From assembly GCA_964619545.1 (NCBI GenBank), contig CAZUED010000001.1, positions 1-47,897 of the forward strand: a DNA stretch of 47,897 nt. Direction: 5' to 3'. The position numbers and the translations under genes were made by a program. This DNA is from an uncultured Muribaculaceae bacterium. GTDB taxonomy: Bacteria; Pseudomonadota; Alphaproteobacteria; Rs-D84. The notes under the pieces are model-generated. The model made no database searches. It was not told where the DNA came from and saw only the letters and a program-made list of their open reading frames with translations. Below, one piece after another: positions 1 through 8,665 of this stretch. Position 1 is the first letter of the stretch, and each line of letters begins with the position of its first letter.

Positions 1-1159
1 TTGCTTCATCATTTCCGATATAGCATGGCATAACCAGACTGCCACGAACCCAAACTTCACCAACGCCTTCTTTGTTTGGATTGTTTATTTTTATCTCGTT
101 GCCTGGCAGTGGTCCAGCATAGTAAGTTTTTCCATTATCCAGTTTGAATTGGAAATTAAAATTCGCAGGGCCGGTCGTTTCCGTCAGTCCATAGCAATCA
201 CCAACTACAAAACCCAATTTCTCAAAAAATCTGCGAACCCTTGGTTTTAATGTTGCGCCTGCGGAAATCAAAACCTTGACCCTGCCACCAAAAATGTCGT
301 GTATCGGTTTGGTTACTTTTTTAACCAATCCACCCAAACCAATAAATGTCAAAAATCCACGCATACCGACAATAGTCCGCACTAACCAATAGACACGTTT
401 TTCTTTCAAGCTATCTATGATTTTTTTATAGAACCCTTCCCATACACGTGGGACGGCGGGAATAACCTCTGGATGGTATTTTTGAAAATCTTTCAAAAAT
501 TCCTTTGGATTCAGAACCGGCTGAAGAAGTAGTGAGCATCGCAATGTAATTGGCGCGATAATGTTTATAACCACCCCATAAATATGATATAGCGGCAAAA
601 ATCCATAAAACATATACCCATCTTTGATAACAGGCTTGTAAAACATGGCGCCTTCGCCCAATGAAACAATGTTGTTGTGCGTCAAACCTACGATTTTTGG
701 ATTGCCGGTTGAACCACTAGTAAATGAAAGCATTGCTAAATCATCCAAATTCACATCTGCCGCAATAAAGTCTTTTTCATCGGTTGAATCCAATGTTTCA
801 ATGTCAAACATTTGTGGGCCATCTTCAATAAAATATGATTTCTGAGCTAATGCCAACTTGCAATTTGTGTGATTCATCATATTTAAGTGCTCGGCTTTTG
901 ACAAGCCAGTATCCAGCATTAAAACTTGGGCACCTTGGGAAGTAATAGCAAAATAAGATTTTATAAATTCCGGAGTGTTTCCAGACAAAATTGCAACTAC
1001 ATCGCCTTTTTTAATGTTGAACTTTTGCGCCAACAAAACTGCGCGCTTTTTAACACCGCTTAATAAATCCCCATAAGTTTCACCCTGACGAACAAAAAAT
1101 GTGCGTGCGCTATTTTCCGTACATACCTGATGCAACATTTCATAAATGTTTCTAAACAC
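1..1159 (-). CDS. AMP-dependent synthetase/ligase (acyl-CoA synthetase-like); C-terminal part lies beyond the window edge
   Basis: Absent from the ORF track because it is open at the edge. My minus-strand translation from GTG at 1159 (AAGGAG 7 nt upstream) gives ...LSFTSGSTGNPKIVGLTHNN... (AMP-binding motif I) and ...GDCYGLTETTGP... (motif II). Confidence 0.8.
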   Translation of the reverse strand, partial: MFRNIYEMLHQVCTENSARTFFVRQGETYGDLLSGVKKRAVLLAQKFNIKKGDVVAILSGNTPEFIKSYFAITSQGAQVLMLDTGLSKAEHLNMMNHTNCKLALAQKSYFIEDGPQMFDIETLDSTDEKDFIAADVNLDDLAMLSFTSGSTGNPKIVGLTHNNIVSLGEGAMFYKPVIKDGYMFYGFLPLYHIYGVVINIIAPITLRCSLLLQPVLNPKEFLKDFQKYHPEVIPAVPRVWEGFYKKIIDSLKEKRVYWLVRTIVGMRGFLTFIGLGGLVKKVTKPIHDIFGGRVKVLISAGATLKPRVRRFFEKLGFVVGDCYGLTETTGPANFNFQFKLDNGKTYYAGPLPGNEIKINNPNKEGVGEVWVRGSLVMPCYIGNDEA

Positions 1160-1331
1160 TATTGTACTCCTTTTAAGATCGACAAAGCAGTGTAGCCTTG
1201 GGGGAAAGGAAAAACAACCTAATTAAATCATTATTTGTAAAATGACCATTAACGCTATAATTTAATAATTTTGGTTGATTTTTGACGAATCGTCCCCTAG
1301 AATAACCGCGCTAATACCAAAGGTTAATAAA

Positions 1332-1514
1332 ATGGCTAACAAGAAAAAAGCGTCAAAGATTGTCGTGAAGATGAATAATCCGGAAACAGGCTTCTTTTAC
1401 ACGAAAACTAAAAATACAAAATCTGAAAACACTCAGGGCAAAATGAAAATGCGTAAATACGACCCAAAGGTGCGCAAGCATGTCGTATTCACTGAAACCA
1501 AAATGCCATCCTAA
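1332..1514 (+). CDS. rpmG: 50S ribosomal protein L33
   Basis: Internal ATG of ORF 1275..1514. [28 protein letters not shown]...[17 protein letters not shown] fits the L33 pattern. The upstream TTG extension is not conserved-looking. Confidence 0.93.
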   Translation: MANKKKASKIVVKMNNPETGFFYTKTKNTKSENTQGKMKMRKYDPKVRKHVVFTETKMPS

Positions 1515-1539
1515 AAAACGCGCCGATGGCGCGTTTTTT
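1513..1539 (+). terminator. Rho-independent terminator after rpmG
   Basis: CGCGCC-GAT-GGCGCG stem-loop (1519-1533) flanked by A6 upstream and T6 downstream. Confidence 0.75.
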
Positions 1540-1573
1540 AGAATACAAGGCACAAGTTCATAAGGCATAGATA

Positions 1574-3268
1574 ATGAATCTTTATAAATTTGTTTCTGAA
1601 TCTGTTAAATCCAGCCTTGCAGAAATTTCTGAATTAAAGGGCGCAGATTTGTCTGCAATCAGTATAGAAACTCCAAAAGATAGAACTTTTGGCGATTTTT
1701 CTACTAATGCTGCAATGGTTCTGACAAAGCAAATGGGCAAAGCTCCGCGCCAAATTGCAGAGATAATTTTGCAATACCTTAAAAATTTGGATTTTGTATC
1801 GGACGCTTCTATCGCTGGTCCAGGGTTTATAAACATCAGATTAAAAGATGAATTTATTTTTAATGCGATAAATCAAAAGTCCGACATAAAAACCACAAAT
1901 CCTGAAACTATAGATATGGACTATGGTGCGTATAATGTTGCAAAATCTTTGCATATTGGTCATTTGCGCACTTCAATTGTTGGTGACACATTAAATCGTA
2001 TTGCCAGATTTTTGGGACACAAAACCATATCCTATAATCATATCGGTGATTGGGGCAGGCCAATGGGTTTGGTTTTGGCGTGGATTGAGAAAAACTCTAT
2101 AACAGAAATAACTGCCAAAGAACTGGATAATTTTTATCCGCTTGCTGCGGATTATGCCAAAAATAATCCCGAATTTTTAGAACGCGCACGAATAATCACT
2201 GCCGAATTTCAAGATGGCGACCCAAAATGGACCGCGCTTTATAAAAAATTTATGCCTATTTCACTGAATGCAATGAATGAAATTATAAATCGTTTGGGAA
2301 TGCTGCCATTTGATAATACTTTGGGCGAGGCGAACGCATCAAAATACTTGGAACCGGTTGAAAAATTGCTGCAGAGCAAAAATTTGTTACAAGAATCTGA
2401 TGGCGCACAAATAGTTGTCGTTCGTGAAGATTCTGATAATGCACCGATGCCTCCATTTATGTTTTACAACTCTCGTGGGGCGGACACTTATGACGCAACA
2501 GATTTGGCTGCGTTGTATTATAGAAAAATTACAGATAATCCAGATCGGATTATTTATCTGACAGATGTTCGCCAAGCCTTGCATTTCAAGCAGGTTTTCC
2601 GCGTAGCATCAAAAATTGGTCTTTTTAAACCGGAACAGCTGGAACATCAGTATTTCGGAACAATAAATGGTAAAAATGGACCATTAAAAACCCGTGATGG
2701 AAACGCCGCAGGTCTGTTGGACATTATAGAAATTGTAAATGACGCCGCGCGCGAGCGCGTGAAAGCGTCCGGCAAAGATTTACCAAAAGAAACTATTGAA
2801 ATGATTGCAATGGCCGCATTGAAATTCAATGATTTAATGCACGATGTTAAATCAGATTATGTTTTTGATGCAGATGGGGTTGTCCAATTCGAGGGTCGCA
2901 CAGGACCATACATTCTTTATACTGCGGTCAGATTGAACAGCATATTGCAAAAGGGCAAAGAGCAAATAATAAATAACAAAACCAAAATCTGTAATCTTGA
3001 TGAATCCGAGCGTAATTTGTTGCTGGGAATTTTGGATTTCAGTCGGTCTGTCCAGGTAGCTTTTGATAAAAGGGCGACGGATATAATCGCTAATTATACC
3101 TATGACCTTTGCCAGCTGACGAATACTTTCTATCACAACTGCCCGATTTTACGTGAAGACGTGAGTCCAGAATTGCGCGACCATAGATTACAAATCGCCG
3201 CCAAGGCTTATCATACACTATCCACAGCGATTGATTTGATGGGGTTAAAAGCTCCCATCGAAATGTAA
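1574..3268 (+). CDS. argS: Arginine--tRNA ligase
   Basis: 564 aa. Class I HIGH-type motif SLHIGHLR, N-terminal Arg-tRNA-binding-like region, C-terminal DALR-type anticodon-binding end (...IAAKAYHTLSTAIDLMGLKAPIEM). Confidence 0.93.
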   Translation: MNLYKFVSESVKSSLAEISELKGADLSAISIETPKDRTFGDFSTNAAMVLTKQMGKAPRQIAEIILQYLKNLDFVSDASIAGPGFINIRLKDEFIFNAINQKSDIKTTNPETIDMDYGAYNVAKSLHIGHLRTSIVGDTLNRIARFLGHKTISYNHIGDWGRPMGLVLAWIEKNSITEITAKELDNFYPLAADYAKNNPEFLERARIITAEFQDGDPKWTALYKKFMPISLNAMNEIINRLGMLPFDNTLGEANASKYLEPVEKLLQSKNLLQESDGAQIVVVREDSDNAPMPPFMFYNSRGADTYDATDLAALYYRKITDNPDRIIYLTDVRQALHFKQVFRVASKIGLFKPEQLEHQYFGTINGKNGPLKTRDGNAAGLLDIIEIVNDAARERVKASGKDLPKETIEMIAMAALKFNDLMHDVKSDYVFDADGVVQFEGRTGPYILYTAVRLNSILQKGKEQIINNKTKICNLDESERNLLLGILDFSRSVQVAFDKRATDIIANYTYDLCQLTNTFYHNCPILREDVSPELRDHRLQIAAKAYHTLSTAIDLMGLKAPIEM

Positions 3269-3269
3269 T

Positions 3270-4490
3270 TTATTCATAACGCAATGCATCGATTGGATTC
3301 AGCTTTGCTGCTTTACGTGCAGGCATAACTCCAGACGCTATACCAACCACGACCGCCACCCCGATGGAAAGAAATACTGACGCAATGCTAAGCGGAACTG
3401 GCATATTCATAATGCCTGGCAGTAATGTCTGGGATAAAATCACACCCAGAAAAAATCCTATCATACTGCCCATAAAGGAAATTACTATCGCTTCGGACAA
3501 GAACTGAATCGTAATATGGCTTTCGCGTGCGCCAATTGCTTTGCGAATTCCAATCTCCCGAGTCCGTTCCGCCACGCTGACCAACATCATATTCATAATA
3601 CCAATAGATCCAACCAACAATGATACGCTGGCTATCGACATTAACAGCATTTTAAGAAACCCTGTAACAGTGTTCATAGTCTCCATAATTTGCTTCATAT
3701 CCGTAATCTGGAAATCATCGCTATTGGCATCTTTTAATTTGTGCCTTTCGCGCAGCAATTGCGTAATTTGTTCGACCGCAATTGCATTATCTGCAGATGC
3801 ATTCAGTTTAACAACTACTTGCGGAACAGAATCTGGAAATTTAGAGCCTATAACTCTTTTCTGCAATGTAGTTATTGGCATAAAAATCATATCGTCGCTG
3901 TTAGTTATGCCCGCACCACCTTTTTCCTTGGTAACACCAATTACTATCAAAGGCACGCCATTCATGCGAATCACCTGTCCCACGGGATCTGGCCCCAAAT
4001 CTAACTCTTTGGCAACGGTTGGTCCAACCACAACATAAGTACTGGCATTACGAACAGCGGACCAATCAAAAAATACCCCTTGATCCATTTCTATATTCTG
4101 AATGTTTTGATAAGTTGGATATGCCCCAATCGCACTGGTATTCCAATTTTTATTTCCAAAAACAATTGTTCCACCAGACATTCTGGTGGGGGTCGTATAT
4201 TCTACATCTGGCAATTGTGCCAATGCCTCGGTATCAGAAATAGTTAAAGTATTCGACCCTGATGCCGTACGAACACCACCGGATTGAGAAGCCCCCGCAC
4301 GAATCATAATTGTATTGGTTCCAAGTGATGCAAATTGACCAGTAATTTGATTTTGCACAGCATCACCAACTGACATCATAATAACCACGGCCATAACACC
4401 AATAATTATGCCCAGAATAGTCAAAAAGCTGCGGATTTTATTTCCGACAATACTCAACCAGCTTTCTTTAAGAATGTCATTAAATGTCAT
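3270..4490 (-). CDS. MacB-type (FtsX-like) ABC transporter permease
   Basis: 406 aa. N-terminal TM IRSFLTILGIIIGVMAVVIMMSVG, a large periplasmic domain, then three C-terminal TMs with the REIGIRKAIGA motif typical of the MacB/LolC/FtsX family. Confidence 0.9.
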   Translation of the reverse strand: MTFNDILKESWLSIVGNKIRSFLTILGIIIGVMAVVIMMSVGDAVQNQITGQFASLGTNTIMIRAGASQSGGVRTASGSNTLTISDTEALAQLPDVEYTTPTRMSGGTIVFGNKNWNTSAIGAYPTYQNIQNIEMDQGVFFDWSAVRNASTYVVVGPTVAKELDLGPDPVGQVIRMNGVPLIVIGVTKEKGGAGITNSDDMIFMPITTLQKRVIGSKFPDSVPQVVVKLNASADNAIAVEQITQLLRERHKLKDANSDDFQITDMKQIMETMNTVTGFLKMLLMSIASVSLLVGSIGIMNMMLVSVAERTREIGIRKAIGARESHITIQFLSEAIVISFMGSMIGFFLGVILSQTLLPGIMNMPVPLSIASVFLSIGVAVVVGIASGVMPARKAAKLNPIDALRYE

Positions 4491-5205
4491 CTTCTCTCTC
4501 TTGCATAAATCTTAAAAAACCAGTTGTATCCTCTCTGCCAAAATCATCCAGCATGTAAGATTTTTCCTGTATTATAGATCGTGATTTATAAAATTTGTTT
4601 TTTGTCTTTAATTGTTGTTCAACTTCTGCCAATAAATCTTGGGCTTGTTTTTTTGTCAGCCTCATCAAACCAACGTTTATTCTAAATTTTTCTTTTAACT
4701 CTCTTCTAGGCTCAAACGATTCATTAAACACATTATCGTTCGGGTAATTTTCTATCCAAAATTTTATATTTTCTGGCGGATAGCCATAAATCGCCCCGCG
4801 AATAAAATGAACTTTATCAACTAATCTCGGGGTCTTTATATATTTAAGGTCTGGATTTTGATTTTTGATTTGTTCGGTTAGATTATTGATTGTTTCAATC
4901 ATATCTTTTTTTATCTGTTCCAGCTCATGACCCAAAGGCTCGGTAATTTCAATTTTTTCACCAGAAATTTTTTCCATTTTTGAAATACAATAATCTGGAT
5001 AGGAAAACATTAACATTTTATTAGATTCTTGCTCTAACGCTTCTTTTGCAATGGGTAATTTATAATTATGAAAAAACTTTGGAACCTTATATCCAGCCGC
5101 AACCAATGCATTATCTAGATCTAACGCCGACGACGACCAAAAAGATGACAGCCCCATAGATTCATAAAATATTTTTAATAATTGCTGCAACGAATTGATT
5201 TTCAT
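4480..5205 (-). CDS. Hypothetical cytoplasmic protein embedded in the efflux operon (no recognisable family)
   Basis: 241-aa ORF. Its ATG shares one nt with the TAA of the upstream ATPase gene (TAATG, 5203-5207). Its last 11 nt overlap the permease start (ATG at 4490). No signal peptide or TM; K/E-rich; visibly lower GC than the flanks. Confidence 0.6.
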   Translation of the reverse strand: MKINSLQQLLKIFYESMGLSSFWSSSALDLDNALVAAGYKVPKFFHNYKLPIAKEALEQESNKMLMFSYPDYCISKMEKISGEKIEITEPLGHELEQIKKDMIETINNLTEQIKNQNPDLKYIKTPRLVDKVHFIRGAIYGYPPENIKFWIENYPNDNVFNESFEPRRELKEKFRINVGLMRLTKKQAQDLLAEVEQQLKTKNKFYKSRSIIQEKSYMLDDFGREDTTGFLRFMQEREDDI

Positions 5206-5924
5206 TACAAATTCCTTTCGCTTTTTGGGACTGGGCCGTCATGAGTAATTTTGCCATCACGAATATGTATCAATCTGTTTGTATGACATGCTATATCAAA
5301 TTCGTGAGTAATCATCACGATAGTTATACCCAATTCTTTATTCAATTTCTTGAACATTTCCAAAATTTCAAATCCCATTTTGCTGTCCAAGTTTCCAGTT
5401 GGTTCATCCGCCAGTATCAACTTTGGTTGTCCGACAAGTGCGCGCGCTATCGCAACTCGCTGACGCATACCACCAGAAAGCTGTGGGGGAAGATAATTTT
5501 CGAACTTTTCCAAACCAACCGATTTCAGCATTTTTCGTGCCATTACCACACGATCATCCGGAGATATACCGCGATACATAAGCGGCATTATAACATTATC
5601 CAAAACACTGCGTTTAGCCAGAAGATTAAAGTTCTGAAATACAAAACCAATATACTCGTTACGCGCTATGGCTAACTCGTCCGCGGTCATGTGCGTTACA
5701 TCATTGCCATAAAGTTTATATATTCCACTTGTTGGTGTATCCAGCGCACCAATTATATTCATACAAGTAGATTTGCCACTGCCAGATGGTCCCATGATTG
5801 ATACCAACTCGCCCGCGCGCACATCAAAACTAATGTTAAATAAAACCTGTTGAGAGCCGCCACCTTCCAAACTGAATGTCTTGTTTATTTTCTCCAGCGA
5901 AATTACTAGTGGCTCTTTAGTCAT
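5205..5924 (-). CDS. ABC transporter ATP-binding protein (MacB/LolD-type NBD)
   Basis: 239 aa. Walker A GPSGSGKST, signature LSGGMRQRVAIARAL, Walker B LILADEPTGNLD, H-loop ITHE. Confidence 0.95.
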   Translation of the reverse strand: MTKEPLVISLEKINKTFSLEGGGSQQVLFNISFDVRAGELVSIMGPSGSGKSTCMNIIGALDTPTSGIYKLYGNDVTHMTADELAIARNEYIGFVFQNFNLLAKRSVLDNVIMPLMYRGISPDDRVVMARKMLKSVGLEKFENYLPPQLSGGMRQRVAIARALVGQPKLILADEPTGNLDSKMGFEILEMFKKLNKELGITIVMITHEFDIACHTNRLIHIRDGKITHDGPVPKSERNL

Positions 5925-5934
5925 TATTTATGCC

Positions 5935-7167
5935 TTACATTCCTGGACCGCCAGGGCCACCACGACTGCCGTGATTATTGCCGCCCATCATACCGCCTGT
6001 CGCAGTAGATTTTTGTCCCAGCTTTCCAGTTATAATTTTATCTCCTTTGACGATTTCATCAGAAATAATTTCTGTCTCGGTCGCAGTTACCAAACCCTTC
6101 TTATACTCTATAATTTGTGGTTTCTTTGTCTTTTCACGAATAATCGCCAGATACTGGGTTGGCTTTTTATCTGCAGCAGATTCCACTATTCCATCAAAAT
6201 TGCGCAATACAAATGCCGCATTAGGCACTTTCCATACATCTTTTCTTTCATCTACCATGATAGTTACAAATGCCGTCATCCCAGGCATAAGACGCAAATC
6301 AGAATTATCAACATCAATAACAACGGTGTAAACCACAACATTGCTTGTCGTCGTTGGGGATAATCTTATTTGACGCACCGCGCCGTCAAAGGTCTGGGTT
6401 GGATATGCATCAACGGTAAAGGTAACTTTTTGTTTTTCCTTTATCACGCCAATGTCAGCCTCGGACACGCTGGTTTCAATCTGCATCTTGGACAAGTCCT
6501 CAGCGATTTCGAATAAATCTGGGGCTTGGAAAGATGCGGCTATTGTTTGGCCTTTATCGACTTTGCGCGAAATTATTGTTCCATCAACTGGTGATACAAT
6601 CTTGGTATATCCCAGATTTGTTTTTGCTCTTTCATATTGAGATTTTGCACGTAAAACGGATTGCTGGGATGTTTTATATTTTGTTTCGGCTTGCTCTAGT
6701 TCTGCACGCGCAATATACCCTTCGGCAAAAAGGGATTTATTTCTTTCGTATTCTGAATTATCAAATTTCAGTTGGGCCTGGGCCGAATCAAGAGCAGCCT
6801 TGGATTCATCGGCCGTTGCCTGTAAAACGCTGGGATCTATTGTTAATAAAACATCACCTTTTTTAACCTTGTCATTATAGTCAACCATAATGTTTTCAAT
6901 GTTTCCACTGACCTGACTGCCAACTTTAATTGTATTTACTGGTTTTATTTCACCGGTTGCGGTAACGACCTGCTTCAAGTTTCCACGTGTAATTTCAATA
7001 GTGGCAAACTGGCTTTCAGTCGATTTAGTTTCACCAAAAATCAATGGTAAAATTATTACCACACACAAAGCGCTTACTATCCACCATTTGTGCTTTACCA
7101 TATAATTAAAAATCCTTTTCCAACGACTGGTTGATGCTATTTCATCCATGTTCTGTGCCATATTCAT
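5935..7167 (-). CDS. Efflux periplasmic adaptor, HlyD/MacA family
   Basis: 410 aa. N-terminal TM, lipoyl-like VSGNIENIMVDYNDKVKKGDVLLTIDP, coiled-coil hairpin, beta-barrel region (TKIVSPVDGTIISRKVDKGQ). Unusual Gly-rich C-terminal tail GGMMGGNNHGSRGGPGGPGM. Confidence 0.9.
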   Translation of the reverse strand: MNMAQNMDEIASTSRWKRIFNYMVKHKWWIVSALCVVIILPLIFGETKSTESQFATIEITRGNLKQVVTATGEIKPVNTIKVGSQVSGNIENIMVDYNDKVKKGDVLLTIDPSVLQATADESKAALDSAQAQLKFDNSEYERNKSLFAEGYIARAELEQAETKYKTSQQSVLRAKSQYERAKTNLGYTKIVSPVDGTIISRKVDKGQTIAASFQAPDLFEIAEDLSKMQIETSVSEADIGVIKEKQKVTFTVDAYPTQTFDGAVRQIRLSPTTTSNVVVYTVVIDVDNSDLRLMPGMTAFVTIMVDERKDVWKVPNAAFVLRNFDGIVESAADKKPTQYLAIIREKTKKPQIIEYKKGLVTATETEIISDEIVKGDKIITGKLGQKSTATGGMMGGNNHGSRGGPGGPGM

Positions 7168-8540
7168 TTAATTTCTCCATACATATTTTCGGGGTTTGGC
7201 GCGGACGCGGTATCATCATCCAAATTTTCTTTTAACTCCCCGGACGCCAGCGCCAGTGCAGCCCGCTGGACATAAAGGTCATATCTGGCAGAAATGTTTT
7301 GCATCTTTGCGCTAGCCAACTCTGCTTGTTGTGTTTGCCAATCCAGCATTGTGGCGCGACCAACTTTATACATCCCGGCCGTTACGCGTTCACTTTCTGT
7401 TGCAGATTTCAGCAAAGAATCTGTCTGTTCCAAAACCTTTATAGCTGTTTTATAATTTTGATATGCAGTCCAAATGTCTTGGGCGACCAGATCTTCTTTG
7501 GCACGTTGTTGTTCTTTGGCGCGCTCGTAATTTGCCTGGCTGGCCCGCAAATTATAAACATTTGCAAAGCCTGCGAAAATCGGCATTGAAGCACGAATAC
7601 CTATGCTGCCACCAACCTTGTCATTTGGATTTCCGCTAACCGAATCATAGGTGTTCTGAAAATTATATGACATCTGACCGGTTGCAGAAATTGATGGTAA
7701 ATTTTTCAAAAATTCTGAATTGCGTCGATACCATGCTGCGTTGGTAGATTCTCCCGCGGAAAGCAAATCGGGACGTTGCTTTTTGGCTTTCTCTATCAGC
7801 TGGGTAATAGTTTCAGATTCTGCGGTACTGCCGAAATTTGATGGCATATCAGTAATTTTCAGATTTTGGTTTTGTGGAAAAGATAACAAGTATAAAATTT
7901 TACCCTTGGTAATTTCACGATTGCCCTGGGCGCGTTTTAATTCCAGCTCTCGCGCGGCCAGACTTGTTTCGGCCTTTAAAACATCTGCCTTGGCCACGGC
8001 ACCAGCCTTGAATTTCTTGTCCGCCGTATCTTTGGCGCCCTTTGCAACCTTGACTAAATCTTCTGCCGCAACGACGCCCGCGTCCGCGCTTAGCATTCCA
8101 TAGTAAGCTGCAACAACATCATAAACATAGTTCTGGACTGCAGTGCTGTAATCAAAGCCAGTTGCACGCCATACTGCTGCAAGTTGATTTAAATCAGAAA
8201 GTCGCTTACCAAAGTCAAAAATCAGCCAACTGGCCGATAAAGATGCGCCCGATTGTATGTCTCCCCATTCCTTGTTCCTGTATGATTTTGATCCGGAAAA
8301 ACCCGCATCTATGGATGGCAAATATGGCGCATACCCCGCATTTTTTCCAAAACGCGCAGATTCAGCAGATAAATACGCGGCTGCGGTCTGCGGATTTCGA
8401 CACAAACCCAACTCTACGACTTGCTGCAAAGTTAAAGTTTTATCTGGGACCGAACTGCGCGAAGCGCAGTTTTCATCCGCCGCCTGTGCCGAACAGGTCA
8501 GAAAAAACAGACTGGTTATTGGTAAAATCATTCTTTTCAT
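7164..8540 (-). CDS. TolC-family outer membrane efflux protein
   Basis: ORF 7164..8570. I prefer the ATG at 8540, which gives the signal peptide MKRMILPITSLFFLTCSAQA. Two repeated alpha/beta TolC-like halves. ATGA overlap with the adaptor gene at 7164-7167. Confidence 0.88.
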   Translation of the reverse strand: MKRMILPITSLFFLTCSAQAADENCASRSSVPDKTLTLQQVVELGLCRNPQTAAAYLSAESARFGKNAGYAPYLPSIDAGFSGSKSYRNKEWGDIQSGASLSASWLIFDFGKRLSDLNQLAAVWRATGFDYSTAVQNYVYDVVAAYYGMLSADAGVVAAEDLVKVAKGAKDTADKKFKAGAVAKADVLKAETSLAARELELKRAQGNREITKGKILYLLSFPQNQNLKITDMPSNFGSTAESETITQLIEKAKKQRPDLLSAGESTNAAWYRRNSEFLKNLPSISATGQMSYNFQNTYDSVSGNPNDKVGGSIGIRASMPIFAGFANVYNLRASQANYERAKEQQRAKEDLVAQDIWTAYQNYKTAIKVLEQTDSLLKSATESERVTAGMYKVGRATMLDWQTQQAELASAKMQNISARYDLYVQRAALALASGELKENLDDDTASAPNPENMYGEIK

Positions 8541-8619
8541 AAGACAAATTATATCATAATTTTCTTGCAATTACACGATTCGGTGTATAAAGTTAACTTG
8601 TTCTTAAATAAATTTTTAG

Positions 8620-8649
8620 GAGCGGGGTCTTGAAAAGCCCCGCTCTTTT
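8620..8649 (+). promoter_or_regulatory. Terminator-like hairpin in the nusA 5' leader (candidate attenuator)
   Basis: GAGCGGGG (8620-8627) pairs with CCCCGCTC (8638-8645), followed by TTTT. It lies 20 nt before the nusA ATG and just before the AAGGGAG RBS. There is no plus-strand gene upstream to terminate. Confidence 0.55.
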
Positions 8650-8665
8650 AACAAGGGAGTAAGAA

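Noticed and set aside
3541-4038. 165-aa plus-strand ORF, and similar long antisense ORFs at 17102..17557, 19504..19962, 26527..27048, 45299..45769 and 46296..46847
   Set aside because: Each lies fully antisense to a gene with clear conserved motifs or context. Their translations are low-complexity (S/I/F/T-rich), they have no RBS or start context, and they are typical shadow ORFs of an AT-rich genome.
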